A stretch of 64,000 nt of DNA from Candidatus Eiseniibacteriota bacterium. GTDB taxonomy: Bacteria; Eisenbacteria; RBG-16-71-46; CAZAMP01. This document shows positions 42,341 to 54,488 of the stretch, piece after piece. Position numbers and translations under genes: made by a program. The notes below the pieces were generated by a model that was not told the DNA's origin, searched no databases, and saw only the letters and a list, made by a program, of their open reading frames with translations. The stretch is from positions 5,696,001-5,760,000 of the forward strand of contig OZ245046.1 in assembly GCA_965224245.1 (NCBI GenBank), given 5' to 3'. Each line of letters begins with the position of its first letter. The stretch's first letter is position 1.

Positions 42341-43092
42341 GTGATCCTTCTCTCGAACACGCGGCCGAACGTGTCGGCCACCGGTGCCATGACCTCGTCC
42401 AGGGTAACGGCTCGGCCGAGCTCGCGCGACAGCGACGTGACCGACGCGCCTGCGATGCCGCAGGGAACGATCAGGTCGAAGTAGGAGAGATCGGTTGCCA
42501 CGTTCAGCGCGAAGCCGTGCGAGGTCACGCCCCGCCCGATCTGGACGCCGATCGCCGCGATCTTGGCGTTGCCCACCCAGACGCCGGTCCGGCCCTCGAT
42601 CCGCCCGGCGGTCACGCCGAAGCCGGCCACCGTGCGGATCAGGATCTCCTCCAGCCGGTTCACGTAGCAGCGCGGGCCGATGCCCAGGTCGCGAAGCCCG
42701 ACGATCGGGTAGCCGACCAGCTGGCCCGGGCCGTGGTAGGTGATGTCGCCACCTCGCCCGGTGGGGTGCAACGACACGCCGCGTTCCTCGAGCTGCGCAT
42801 TGGATGCGACGAGATGCGTGAACGTTCCACGCCGCCCCACGGTGATCACGTGGGGGTGCTCCACGAGCCAGAGCGCGTCGGGAACGTCGAGGTCCCGGCG
42901 TCGCCGCGCGCGCTCGTCCATTCGGGCCATGGTGTCGGCGTAGTCGCGCCGTCCCAGCCAGCGCGCCTCGCAGACGCGGCCGGCGTCGCCGCGCGCAGCG
43001 GGGCAGGTGGGGTCCCGCCGGCCCGCGGCGTCCACGGCGTCCACGGCGTCGCCGTTGCCTGCCTCGGCGTTCCGGTCAGGCGAAGAGCTCAT
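42325..43092 (-). CDS. lipB: Octanoyltransferase
   Basis: EHPHVIT, RGGDITYHGPGQLVGYP, KIAAIG, HGFALN and IVPCG. Confidence 0.95.
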   Translation of the reverse strand: MSSSPDRNAEAGNGDAVDAVDAAGRRDPTCPAARGDAGRVCEARWLGRRDYADTMARMDERARRRRDLDVPDALWLVEHPHVITVGRRGTFTHLVASNAQLEERGVSLHPTGRGGDITYHGPGQLVGYPIVGLRDLGIGPRCYVNRLEEILIRTVAGFGVTAGRIEGRTGVWVGNAKIAAIGVQIGRGVTSHGFALNVATDLSYFDLIVPCGIAGASVTSLSRELGRAVTLDEVMAPVADTFGRVFERRITWLDR

Positions 43093-44020
43093 CGAGGGCT
43101 TCCACGACGTCCTCGGGCAGCGTCACCCCGGATGCGGCGACCGCGTCGTCGACGTGGTCGGTCCGGGTCGCGCCGACGATGACGCTGGCCACGTTTCGCT
43201 GTCGGAGGCACCAGGCCAGCGCGAGCTGAACCGTCGTCAGATCCAGATCGGTCGCCAGCTGGGTGGCCCGGTCCACCCGGGCCAGATTCTCCGCCGTCAG
43301 GAGCGGCTGCATGAACTGCCCGGCCTTCGGATCCGCGCCCCGCGAGCCCTCGGGTCGGGCGCCGCCGGAGTACTTGCCGGTCAGGATGCCCTCGGCCAGC
43401 GGGCTGAACACGACCTGCCCCACCCCCTCACGCTCGCAGATCGGGATGACCTCGTTCTCGATCTCGCGGCACAGGAGCGAGTAAGGCGGCTGGTTGGAGA
43501 TCGGCGCGAAGCGATGGCTCGCGGCCGCGATCCGGCGGGCGTCCACGATCTGCTCGGCCGACCAGCAGCTGACGCCCCAGTAGAGCACCTTGCCCTGCCG
43601 CACGAGCGTGTCCATGGCGCCGACGACCTCCTCGACCGGCACCGCCGGGTCGTACCGGTGGCACTGGTAGAGGTCCACGTACTCGACGCCGAGCCGGGCC
43701 AGGCTCGCCTCGCACGCCTCCAGGATGTGCTTGCGGGAGAGGCCGCGGTCGTTGGGATTGTCGGACATCGGCCAGAAGCACTTGGTGGCCAGAACGTAGT
43801 CGGACCGCTTGAAGTCGGCGATCGCCTTGCCGACGGCGATCTCGCCGTCGCCGCGCGCGTACACGTCCGCGGTGTCGAAGAAGATCACGCCCGAGTCGAA
43901 GGCACGTCGAAAGCAGGCGTCGGTGTCGGACTGGTCGACCGAGCGCCCGAACGTGAGCCAGGACCCGAGACCGATCTCGCTCACCCGGAGCCCCGAGCGC
44001 CCCAGTCGGCGATACTCCAC
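43076..44020 (-). CDS. Aldo/keto reductase (Kv-beta/AKR6-like)
   Basis: GTG start EYRRLGRSGLRVS, GLGSWLTFG, DTADVY, GLSRKHI, DLYQCHR and SPLAEGILTGKY. Confidence 0.92.
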   Translation of the reverse strand: MEYRRLGRSGLRVSEIGLGSWLTFGRSVDQSDTDACFRRAFDSGVIFFDTADVYARGDGEIAVGKAIADFKRSDYVLATKCFWPMSDNPNDRGLSRKHILEACEASLARLGVEYVDLYQCHRYDPAVPVEEVVGAMDTLVRQGKVLYWGVSCWSAEQIVDARRIAAASHRFAPISNQPPYSLLCREIENEVIPICEREGVGQVVFSPLAEGILTGKYSGGARPEGSRGADPKAGQFMQPLLTAENLARVDRATQLATDLDLTTVQLALAWCLRQRNVASVIVGATRTDHVDDAVAASGVTLPEDVVEALDELFA

Positions 44021-44267
44021 GTGCTGCCCCTTTCTAGGTTCCTCGCGTATGCTGGGTGGAGCCGGTGGCGGGACGCTCACGCGTGCTCGACGGCGAGGGG
44101 CCCCCGGCGGGCGGCGAGGGGCGTCCGTGACGATGGGATGAGGTGCGAAACGAACCCGGCGGAGTATACCATTGCCATCGGAGACTCCAACCCGAGGTGT
44201 GCGATCAGGCCTGTTTCGTGGGGCACCCTCCGCACTCGAGCGGCAGGCCGACCCCGATGGTGACGCG

Positions 44268-45431
44268 ATGAGGTACCGCCACGCGCTCGTTCTGAGCAAT
44301 CCGGAGTCGGGCCGCGGGCGCGGCGAGGGCCTGGCCAGGGAGATCACCCGTCTTCTGGCCGAGGCCGGACTCCAGGTGGATCTCAGGCGAGTCGGCGACG
44401 CCGACGCGGAGCCCGGCGCCGTGGGCCGGGCCATCGACGCGGACTGCGACCTGGTCGTCATCGTCGGCGGCGACGGTACGCTCCGCTCGTACCTGCGGCC
44501 CCTCGACGGCCGCGGCGTGCCCGTCCTCCTCGTCCCGGCGGGAACGTCAAACCTGATCGCGACGCACCTCCGCGTGCCCACGCGTCCCCGAGCGCTGGTC
44601 AAGCTCCTGACGGACGGCGACGTCCGGCACCTGGACGTGGCGCATCTGGACGGTGAGCCCTTCGTGCTGGCGGTGGGCTTCGGCCTGGCCACCGACGTGA
44701 TCCAGGACGCCGATCGGGAGCTCAAGCGCTACCTGGGGCCGGTGGCCTACCTGTGGTCGCTCCTCCGGAATCTGTCGCGCCGCCGCGTGCGGGTCGAGAT
44801 GCGCTTCGCCGACGGCCAGCGGGTCCAGCACCGGGCGCGTTTGATCCTGTTCGCGAACTGTGCGGAGACGCTCGCGCAGGTGGACATCGTTCCCAACGCC
44901 GCGATCGACGACGGCCTGATCGACGTGGCCGTGTTCCACTTCGCCGACCTCTGGCAGTTCCTCAAGCTCGTCGGGTTCGCGATCACCGGTCGCTGGCGGC
45001 GGGCGCGAGAGGCCGTGTTCTACCGGTCGTCCTCGGTGGACGTCTGGCTGCGGCCGGCAATGCCGGTTCAGATCGACGGCGACGTGTTCGAGGCCCGCTC
45101 GCACTTCCGGATAGACGTGACCCCGGAAGCGCTTCCGGTCCTCGTCCCGATGAGAAAGGCGCAGCTCGTACCCTCGGAGTGGCTGAGCGACGCGCTGACC
45201 GAGATCGAGCGGCAGCTGGAGAAGCTCCGAACCGGGTCGGCGCTGACGCCGACCGAGATCGTACGTGCGATCTGGGACGAGTACCGCGTCCGAGGACGGG
45301 AGCTCCTGCGCGGCACCGCCCCGGACCCGAAGGCGCAGCGCCGCGGCGCCCCCGCCGGGGACCGCACCGCGGTTCCGGCGGAGTCCGCGTCGGGCGCCGC
45401 GGAGTCGCATCCGGGGAGTGACGCGACGTGA
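44268..45431 (+). CDS. Diacylglycerol kinase family (YegS/DgkB-like) lipid kinase
   Basis: NPESG, GGDGT, PAGTSN, DDGLID and QIDGD. Confidence 0.88.
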   Translation: MRYRHALVLSNPESGRGRGEGLAREITRLLAEAGLQVDLRRVGDADAEPGAVGRAIDADCDLVVIVGGDGTLRSYLRPLDGRGVPVLLVPAGTSNLIATHLRVPTRPRALVKLLTDGDVRHLDVAHLDGEPFVLAVGFGLATDVIQDADRELKRYLGPVAYLWSLLRNLSRRRVRVEMRFADGQRVQHRARLILFANCAETLAQVDIVPNAAIDDGLIDVAVFHFADLWQFLKLVGFAITGRWRRAREAVFYRSSSVDVWLRPAMPVQIDGDVFEARSHFRIDVTPEALPVLVPMRKAQLVPSEWLSDALTEIERQLEKLRTGSALTPTEIVRAIWDEYRVRGRELLRGTAPDPKAQRRGAPAGDRTAVPAESASGAAESHPGSDAT

Positions 45432-46866
45432 TTCGTCCCCTCGGTGTACAACGTCGCCTGCTGGTCGCGCTCAGCGTGTACGCGCTGGCGGTGCTCGGGT
45501 TCGGTGGCGTCCTGTTCTACGAACGCGCACGCGTACACCTCGAGACCGAGCTCGGAGCAAAGCTGATCGCGGTGGGCTCGGTCGTGACGGCCGGAATCAG
45601 CGAAGATCAACGACAGGTGCTCGTGTCGCTACGCGGACGCGGCGGACGCACGTCCAAGGCGATCGGACAGGAGCTGGCGCGCTTCCGGGACGCAAGCGGC
45701 CTGTTCCGGCTGTACGTCTTCCATCGTGACGGCACCGCGCTGGCCGATGCCGACGAACGCGAGCCCGGCACGACGTATCCCGAGCTCCAGTTCGAGCTCG
45801 ATGCGCTGGACGAGGTCTTCTCGGGACGCGAGTCGGTCAGCCATCTGTTCACGGGGCGCGACGGTCAGGTCTACAAGGCCGCGTACCTGCCGCTGCCGGT
45901 CGCCGGCGAGACCGAGGCCGCCCTCGCCGTGGTCGGGAGTGCCACGTTCCTCGACACGATCTCCACGTTCCGCAGTGCGCTCATCCTGGCCGCGGTCCTG
46001 GGCCTCATCGGGTCGGTGGTGCTGTCGCTCGTCCTCGCACGCACGATCGTGTCGCCCATCCGCCGCCTGGTGGCGGCGGCCGATCGCATTCGCGCGGGGG
46101 ATCTCGAGACGCCGGTGCCGTCGATGAAGGGCGATGAGATCGGCTATCTCGCACGAACGCTGGAGCGCATGCGCGCGGCCGTGCTCGCGCGCGAACGGAG
46201 CCTCCGGGCCATGCTGGGCGGCGTCGCTCACGAGATCCGCAATCCGCTCGGCGGGATCGAGCTGTTCGCGGGACTCCTCGAGCGGCGTGTCGCCGACGAC
46301 GAAAAGGCCGCGGAAAGTGTCGACCGAATCCTGCACGAGGTGCATCATCTGGAGTCGATCATCAAGGACTTTCTCGACTACGCGCGGCCGGTCGATCCCA
46401 ACCTCGAGGTGTTCGCGGTCGCGGACGTCGCGCACGAGGTCGGCGAGGTGCTGGGAGCAAAGATCGCGGAGGCCGGTGTAACCTACGAGGTCGACTGTGC
46501 GGGCGTGAGCGTGCTCGCCGATCGCGCGCAGTTCCGGCAGATCCTGTCGAACCTGGTCCAGAACGCCGTCCAGGCGCTCGAGGGCGACCAGGGCCACCGG
46601 CGCGTCGTCGTCGACGGCTCGACCGACGCCGACACGACGACCGTGTCCGTGAACGACAATGGGCCGGGCATCGACCCCGCGATCCGAGAGCGGGTGTTCG
46701 AGCCGTTCTTCACCACCCGTCAGCAGGGGTCGGGACTGGGGCTGTCGATCGCGCGCGATCTGGTGGAGCGCAACGGGGGGGCGCTCGAGATCCGATCGCG
46801 ACCCGGGCGCGGAACGTCGATCGTGATGACGTGGTCCGCGCCGCGCGACAAGCGCGGAGATGCAGC

Positions 46867-46870
<4 letters not shown>
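45428..46870 (+). CDS. Membrane sensor histidine kinase with HAMP domain
   Basis: Two TM segments, HAMP (GDEIG), H-box AHEIRNPL, N box, DNGPGI, FEPFFTT and GSGLGL. Confidence 0.95.
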
Positions 46871-48245
<1,375 letters not shown>

Positions 48246-48249
<4 letters not shown>

Positions 48250-49256
48250 AGGTCCGAGAGCGCGCGGAGGGTCGGGACGGGCGGTGCTCGATCTCCGTGC
48301 GCCGCGTGCTCGCGATCGTGGTGGTGGTGATGATCGCGCTCGCACCGGGATCCGGTCTCCGGGCGGCGCTGCCACCCGAGGTGGACGCGTTGCGGGCGGC
48401 GGTGCTGGAGTACGACGCCCAGCAGCGGGCCAAGGACGCGGAGATCGAACGGGTCCGCGGGCGCGCCACCGACGTTGCCGCCGAGCTCGCCGAGTTCGAT
48501 CGCGAGGAGTCGCTCGGGCCGCTCCAGCGCGCACAGTATTCGCGGTACAAGCAGCTCTCCGAGGACCTGGCCGATCGACTGGCCGCGCTGGAGCGCCAGC
48601 GGCGGGAGATCGACGTCCCGTATCGGGAGGCCGCCGATGCGCTGATCGCCTTGCTGGAGCCCGAGGTCACGACGCTCCGGGAGGCCTGGCAGTCCGCGTC
48701 CCCCAGCTCCGACGAGCGTCGCGAGCTCTTCGTGCGCTACGAGACCCTGTTCGAGGAGGTGCGCGACCTGCGTGCCCTGTTCACGCCCACGGCCCGGTTC
48801 CTGCGCCTGGACGTGACGCTGGACGACGACGACGGCCCCGACAGCCTGCGCGTCAAGGCGGATCTCCTGGCCGATCTGATCGATCTCAACGGGGGTCTCC
48901 TCGATGACCTGGAGTCCTGGCACGCGGAGCTCCGGGCCGAGCGGGAGATGCTGCAGGAGGCCAAGCGCCTGGCCGAGGAGCAGGGGTTCTTCGGCTCGAC
49001 CGATCCGTTCGCGCCGGACGGCACGTCCGGCTTCGCCGACATCACCGGACTCGTGGTCGTCCCCGAGAACTTGCGCGAGGTACGCGACCACCTCGATATT
49101 CCCACGGGCGGAGTCTCGGCCATCGAGGATCTCGACCGGCTCGTTCAGAGCGTCGACCGCCTCGTGGACGATCTCCGGGACGACAACGCCCGCATGGCCG
49201 AGAAGCGGAGGATCGCGTTGCAGGAAGCTCGACGACGAGAGGAGCTCGAGCGATGA
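48246..49256 (+). CDS. Exported helical/coiled-coil hypothetical protein
   Basis: N-terminal hydrophobic segment, E/R/L/A-rich heptads; ATGA-coupled to both neighbours. Confidence 0.7.
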
Positions 49257-50344
49257 GTTCGCATCGGCGCCTGCGCACGCGCATTGCCCGCATCGGCGCG
49301 GCCGGGCTGATCATCGCCGGCGCGGCGGCCCCGGGGCGTGCCGTTTCCGACGTCGAGGTCGACGGTCGCCTGCAGATCGGCGCGCTCCACGACAGCAACG
49401 TGCTCGAGCAGGTCGCGAACGAGGAGGACGATCAGGCGCTGCAGGTGTTCGGCGCGATCCGGCTTCGCGCCCCCCTGTCCGAGCGCGTCGTTCTGCGGTC
49501 CTCGGCGCGGGTCGGACTGCAGCGCTATCGCGACATCTCCGACGACAGCCGCGTGCTGGGCGAGACGCGCTGGGGTCTGGCCTATCGTGCCGAGAACGGC
49601 CTGGGGCTCAGGGGCGATCTCCTCCTCGAGGGGCGAGACTACGCGGACTCCACGTCCTCGCGCGGGTACGGCGCGTTCCGGGCCGACGTCGCGTTCGACC
49701 TGCCACCGGTCAGGGGTTTCACGGCCGAGGTGCGCGGCAGCCGCGTCGAGGTCGACTACAAGGTGACGCCGGGACGCGAGCAGGCGGGCAATCGCCTGGA
49801 GGCTGCTCTCCAGCGCCGGATCGGACGTCATCTGCTCGTCCGGGTTCGTGGCGCCGGGGGATCGTTCCGTTTCAATCGCCCGTCCTGGGATCTCGACGAG
49901 TCGGCCGGCGCGCTCGTCCGCGGCCCCTTCGACCAGAAGGACTCCTACGGCCTCGGATCGGTGGATCTGACGTTCGTGCGGCGCACGCTGCTGTCGCTCG
50001 GGTACACGTACTTCGTGAACGACTCGAACTCGTTCGGGCGCGCGTACTTCTATCATCGGGTGGACGTGACGTTCCGCCGGCGCATCGAGCCCCTGGATAC
50101 GTCGATCGGCGTCGTGGCGCGTCGCGAGTGGCGGACGTATCGCGACGATCTGGATCGGTTCGTGATCGTCGACTTCGACTTCGAGCGCGAGCAGAACAAC
50201 GGCGTGACCCTCGAGGTGGACCGCGCGCTGACCACCGAGACCAGCATCGAGCTGCGACTGGGGTGGGAGTACAACGAGGCGATCATCCTGGATCAGTTCT
50301 ACGACAAACTCCTGGGCGGGGTGTATGTCGAGTGGCGGTTCTAG
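49253..50344 (+). CDS. Putative outer-membrane beta-barrel protein
   Basis: Signal peptide, HDSNV N-terminal motif, alternating amphipathic strands, C-terminal VYVEWRF. Confidence 0.75.
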   Translation: MSSHRRLRTRIARIGAAGLIIAGAAAPGRAVSDVEVDGRLQIGALHDSNVLEQVANEEDDQALQVFGAIRLRAPLSERVVLRSSARVGLQRYRDISDDSRVLGETRWGLAYRAENGLGLRGDLLLEGRDYADSTSSRGYGAFRADVAFDLPPVRGFTAEVRGSRVEVDYKVTPGREQAGNRLEAALQRRIGRHLLVRVRGAGGSFRFNRPSWDLDESAGALVRGPFDQKDSYGLGSVDLTFVRRTLLSLGYTYFVNDSNSFGRAYFYHRVDVTFRRRIEPLDTSIGVVARREWRTYRDDLDRFVIVDFDFEREQNNGVTLEVDRALTTETSIELRLGWEYNEAIILDQFYDKLLGGVYVEWRF

Positions 50345-50584
50345 GGATCGGGGCTGGCGTGGGCTCAGATTCCTGAGGGTCGGGCGGTCGGATTTCCGTG
50401 GAGGGTGCGCATTGGCAGCCGCGTCGGAGCTCCGGGAGCGGCGATCTCCCGGTCGCCGCCCGGGGGGTGAGCGGTGCGTCGCGTGCTCTAAGTTGTTTAA
50501 TGGGAGTCCGTTATCTTTCTGGAGGGCGCTGGAGCCGGAGCGGATGGACCGGGCGATGTCCCGGAGCGGTTCGGGTGTGTCAAT

Positions 50585-50600
50585 TGGCTCAGTAGTTGCT
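50585..50600 (+). promoter_or_regulatory. Sigma54 (-24/-12) promoter
   Basis: TGGCTCAGTAGTTGCT fits GG-N10-GC; AT-rich IHF-like TAAGTTGTTTAAT at about 50488-50500. Confidence 0.7.
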
Positions 50601-50610
50601 TGCTTTCGGG

Positions 50611-50944
50611 AGCAAATAGGCCCGGACGCCGCTCCGGCGTTTGGTGCCCGAACCCAGCGGGCGGTTTGAAAGGACAGATCGGCGACGACTCGACGGCGAC
50701 ATCGCCTCCGACGTCGGCAGAGTCGTGCGACGATCGACCCCACGAGCCGTGTTGCAACTAACCGCCGGTTCTTCAGGCATGACCCCCTGAAGGATTTGTC
50801 TCGGCGGTGCGACTTCCCATCGGGATCGATGCACCAGCGGGAGGGCACGAGCCGACACCGCCGCCTGAAACTTCTTCTCGCGTTTCATCACGAGAGCCCG
50901 CAGGGAGAAGGCAGGACGGCGGGGCGGCGTCAGCGGTTTATTTC
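50611..50944 (+). ncRNA. Candidate structured non-coding RNA or long leader
   Basis: No convincing ORF; at least 6 hand-identified helices; internally duplicated motif; begins at the predicted sigma54 start site. Confidence 0.4.
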
Positions 50945-50959
50945 GTCGGGAGTTCGATC

Positions 50960-51991
50960 ATGACTCCGCGGTCCCCCACCTTTCGCGGCAACCACGACCC
51001 ACATCGAGCGCACGCGAACCGGCCCCGGGGGGTCGCATGCCCGCGATCGACCACCCGCCCCTCCCATCCCGGATTCGTCTACCCCGAACCCGCCCGATTC
51101 CAGGCCGGCCGCGCCGCGCTGGCCGCCGTCGGTCTGGCCGGCGCGGTGCTCGCCGGCTGCAGCGGCGAGGTCGTGTTCGAGCCCGAGGACACCGTAACCG
51201 CCGGTGAGGCGCTCGGCTTCGACTTCATCACGTACACGGTTTCCGACGCCGACGCCACGAGCATCGAGATCATCGAGATCACCGACGATGGTCGCGCGAT
51301 CTATCGCATCGCCGGCCGCGGCAGAGGCAGCACGCTGGAGCCGATTCGCTTTCTCCGCGACGACGAGCTGCTCGCGCTCCGAACCGACTTCAACGATTCC
51401 GACTTCTTCTTCTGGGCCGACAGCACGTTCGGGGAGCCCGCCGCCGGCGTCCCCAAGCAGACCATCATCTTCCAGTTCGAGGGGCGCTCCGACGACCTCG
51501 TCCGCTACGGAGATGCCCCGGTACCGCCCGAGATCGAGGTGTTGTTCGCGCAGCTCGAGCCCCTGCTCGCCGCCAGCAAGCAGTTCGGCGAAGGCAATCA
51601 GCTCGCGGTGCGGGCGCTGGTCGAGGGGCGCCACACGCGGATCGCGCGGCGCGAGTTCTCGGTCATCCGGTCCCGTGACGAGCTGATCAACCTGCTCTGG
51701 CGCGTGGGCTCTCTGGACGCGACGGCGTTCGCACGCGTCGACTTCGCGACAGAGATGGTCGTGGGCGTATTCTTCGGAGACGACGCGATGCAGACCGATA
51801 CGCTCACGTTCGCCGACGTGGCCTATCAGCTCGACGGCGCCGTCAACGTACTGTTTCGCCGCACGGACATGGCCGAGGGCTGCGATGCGCCCGCGTCGCG
51901 CCCGTTCGCGATGGCGCGAGTGCCGCGGGCTCCCGGTCGCGTGCAGTTCTTCGAGGATCCCGAGCGCGAGACACGCGCCTGCGCGCCCTAG
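50960..51991 (+). CDS. Hypothetical lipoprotein, C-terminus resembling a PrcB-like domain
   Basis: Lipobox LAGC; VDFATEMVVGVFFG...RPFAMARVP; start codon uncertain. Confidence 0.6.
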   Translation: MTPRSPTFRGNHDPHRAHANRPRGVACPRSTTRPSHPGFVYPEPARFQAGRAALAAVGLAGAVLAGCSGEVVFEPEDTVTAGEALGFDFITYTVSDADATSIEIIEITDDGRAIYRIAGRGRGSTLEPIRFLRDDELLALRTDFNDSDFFFWADSTFGEPAAGVPKQTIIFQFEGRSDDLVRYGDAPVPPEIEVLFAQLEPLLAASKQFGEGNQLAVRALVEGRHTRIARREFSVIRSRDELINLLWRVGSLDATAFARVDFATEMVVGVFFGDDAMQTDTLTFADVAYQLDGAVNVLFRRTDMAEGCDAPASRPFAMARVPRAPGRVQFFEDPERETRACAP

Positions 51992-52041
51992 GCGTGTCGT
52001 GGACCCGGGCGCCCGCTCCTCGGACGGCCGAGAGACGGCTC

Positions 52042-52815
52042 CTAGAACCCCATGATGCTGTACCCGGCGTCCACGAAGATCGTCTCGCCGGTCACGCCCG
52101 AGCTCATGTCCGAGAGCAGGTAGAGCCCCGTTCCGCCGATGTCCTCCAGTGTCACGTTCCGTTTCAGTGGCGACTTGTTCTCGTGGTGCTTGAGCATCTC
52201 GCTGAAGTCGCGAAGCCCGCGCGCACTGAGCGTGTTCACCGGGCCGGCCGAGATCGCGTTCACCCGGATGTTCTGGGGGCCCAGCTCGAAGGCGAGCTGG
52301 CGCACGGCGTGCTCGAGCGCTGCCTTCGCGGTGCCCATGACGTTGTAGCGCGGGATCACGCGGATCGCGCCCAGGTAGCTCATCGCGACGATGGCGCCGC
52401 CGTTCGGCATGTAGCGCTTCGCGGCCCGGGCCACGTGAATCAGCGAGTAGGCGCTCACGTCCAGTGCGATCCGGAACTGCTCGCGGTCGGTGTCGATGAA
52501 GTCGCCGCTGATCGCCTCGCGGGGTGCGAACGCGATCGAGTGGACGAGCATGTCGATGTGCCCGTGCTCGCGCCCGATCGTCTCGAAGGTGCGTTCGATG
52601 TCGTCGTCCACCGAGACGTCGCACTCGTAGTACGCCGCGTTCCGGAAGCCCTCGGTCAGCTCTCTGACGTTCTTCCCGAACTTCTCACCGACGTAGGTGA
52701 AGACCATGTCCGCGCCTGCGGCGTTGATGGCCTCGGCGACACCCATGCCGATGCTACGCTTGTTGGCGATGCCCATGACGACAGCGGTTTTTCCCGCGAG
52801 GTCGAGTGAGTACAT
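52042..52815 (-). CDS. fabI: Enoyl-ACP reductase FabI
   Basis: GIANKRSI, HSIAFA, SAYS, YNVMGTAKAALE, NAISAGP and VDAG. Confidence 0.96.
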   Translation of the reverse strand: MYSLDLAGKTAVVMGIANKRSIGMGVAEAINAAGADMVFTYVGEKFGKNVRELTEGFRNAAYYECDVSVDDDIERTFETIGREHGHIDMLVHSIAFAPREAISGDFIDTDREQFRIALDVSAYSLIHVARAAKRYMPNGGAIVAMSYLGAIRVIPRYNVMGTAKAALEHAVRQLAFELGPQNIRVNAISAGPVNTLSARGLRDFSEMLKHHENKSPLKRNVTLEDIGGTGLYLLSDMSSGVTGETIFVDAGYSIMGF

Positions 52816-52955
52816 GCACCCTCCATTGGATCGCGGTCGGATTCGATCGATGCGGGATGATAGAAGCCCGTTCCCGCGGGAACAAGCGCTGGGAGCGGGT
52901 GTGGCGGCTCGATCGCCGCTTCCCGAGCCCGGGGGTCCCCCGGGGAACGTGGGCC

Positions 52956-54203
52956 TCAGGGATCGGTGTTCCCAACGGGCTCGAGCCGGGGGGAGGCAGC
53001 AGGCCCTGCGGGATCGGGCATTGCGCGCTTGGCCAGAAGCCGCCCGGCGGGCGGCAGCGCGCGCAGGAGACCGGCGATCCGCTGGGCCGCGTGTCCGTCT
53101 CCGTACGGATTGACGATCGACGTCAGTCGCCCGCGGGTGTCCGGTGCGAGTGCCCAGGCCAGCGCGTCCCCGATCGCCCGCGGCTCGGCCGGGATGTCGA
53201 CGACGTTGGCCGCACGCTCCCGGCCGTCCTGACGGCGTCCCACGTTCACGGCGGGAAGGCCCAGCGACGGGGACTCCATGATGCCACTGGAGGAGTTGCC
53301 CACGATCGCGGCGGCATGCGAGAGCAGGCTCCAGTACGTGACCGGATCCAGGTTCACGACGAGCTGCGCGCCCAGCCGACGGTCGCAGAACGCGTGTGCT
53401 CGGGCCATCAAGCGACGGCTCCCGGCATCGGCGTTCGGGAAGCAGAACACCACCGTCGGCGTGTGCGGGCCGTTCGCATGCGACGGTTCGGGCTTGACCA
53501 GCTCCTCCAGTGCGGCGTGAACGGCGTCGGCCTCGGCCGTCGTTTCGCGATCCAGCGTGACGGGATGATGGGAGACGACGAGGATCGGGTCCGCGAGCGG
53601 GCTCCCGAGCGCCGTCTCCAGCTCCTCACGATCCAGGAGCCGGCTCCGCCGGAGATGGTCGAGCGACGGCGCGCCGACCTGATGCACGCGCCAGGGCTCC
53701 TCGCCCATCGCGATCACGCGCCGCGTGGCGAGCGCGGTGGGGGTCATGTGCACGTGGCTCATCATCGTCAGTGCGTTCCGGATGACGTGGTCGATCGCGC
53801 CCTCGCTGGCCTCGCCGCCCTCGACGTGGATGATCGGGATCCGGAGCGCGGTTGCCACCTGTGCGGGGGCCAGCATCTCGTAGCGATCGGCGACCACGAG
53901 CACGGCGTCGGGCCGGAGGCGCGAGAGCTCGTCGGCGAAGCCGAGCGTGGCGAGCCCGATCGTCCTCGCCATCGCGACGTCGGTATCGGCGCTCACGAGA
54001 CACTCGATACGGGCGGTGATCTCGAACCCATCGGCCTCGATCACGTCGACGGTGTGGCCGAATTCGGGTGACAGGTGCGCCCCGGTGACGAGAAGGGAAG
54101 TGCGAATCGGTGTATTCTTCAGCTCGTGGAGCGGCCAGTAGAGGTGACCGTAGTCCGCCCGGGACGACGTCACGACGGCGATGGAGCGGGGCGATGTCGG
54201 CAC
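52956..54203 (-). CDS. neuC: Hydrolysing UDP-N-acetylglucosamine 2-epimerase (NeuC/LegG-like)
   Basis: TSSRADYG, TGAHLS, ADRYE, HVEGGE, GAID, HPVT, PNADAG, GNSSSG, GRRQDGR and NPYGDG. Confidence 0.88.
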   Translation of the reverse strand: MPTSPRSIAVVTSSRADYGHLYWPLHELKNTPIRTSLLVTGAHLSPEFGHTVDVIEADGFEITARIECLVSADTDVAMARTIGLATLGFADELSRLRPDAVLVVADRYEMLAPAQVATALRIPIIHVEGGEASEGAIDHVIRNALTMMSHVHMTPTALATRRVIAMGEEPWRVHQVGAPSLDHLRRSRLLDREELETALGSPLADPILVVSHHPVTLDRETTAEADAVHAALEELVKPEPSHANGPHTPTVVFCFPNADAGSRRLMARAHAFCDRRLGAQLVVNLDPVTYWSLLSHAAAIVGNSSSGIMESPSLGLPAVNVGRRQDGRERAANVVDIPAEPRAIGDALAWALAPDTRGRLTSIVNPYGDGHAAQRIAGLLRALPPAGRLLAKRAMPDPAGPAASPRLEPVGNTDP

Positions 54204-54299
54204 GGGCTCTCCGGATCGGGATGGACGCGGCGATCGACCGCGCGCCGTCGCCGCGAGGACCATACCAGGCGATCTCGTCCCGGGGTATCGATCTCGGCT

Positions 54300-54335
54300 C
54301 CGAGCGCCGCTCCGAGCGCCGCGCCGAGCGCCGCG
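54300..54335. repeat. 12-bp tandem repeat x3 (CCGAGCGCCGC[T/G])
   Basis: Seen directly in the divergent intergenic region. Confidence 0.6.
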
Positions 54336-54488
54336 TCGGTCAGCGCGCGTGTCGGACGAGCGATCGTGACCCCGGAGGGCCTGCTCCGACCGGCCGGAAT
54401 GCAGCTTCGCGTTGACCTGAGCGGGCTCGCGGGGGCACAGTCGAAGCGAGCGGAGTGACGAGGAGCTACCGACACGGGAGGGTGATCC

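Noticed and set aside
50611-50944. Identification as tRNA-Sec, tmRNA, RNase P, SRP RNA or a c-di-GMP/c-di-AMP riboswitch
   Set aside because: I found none of the hallmark sequences (T-loop GTTCRA with CCA end, GAGGAAAGTCC, SRP loop, GCAAA/GAAA pattern) in the right context.
54300-54335. CRISPR array or iterons
   Set aside because: Only three adjacent 12-bp units with no spacers, and no cas or rep gene nearby.
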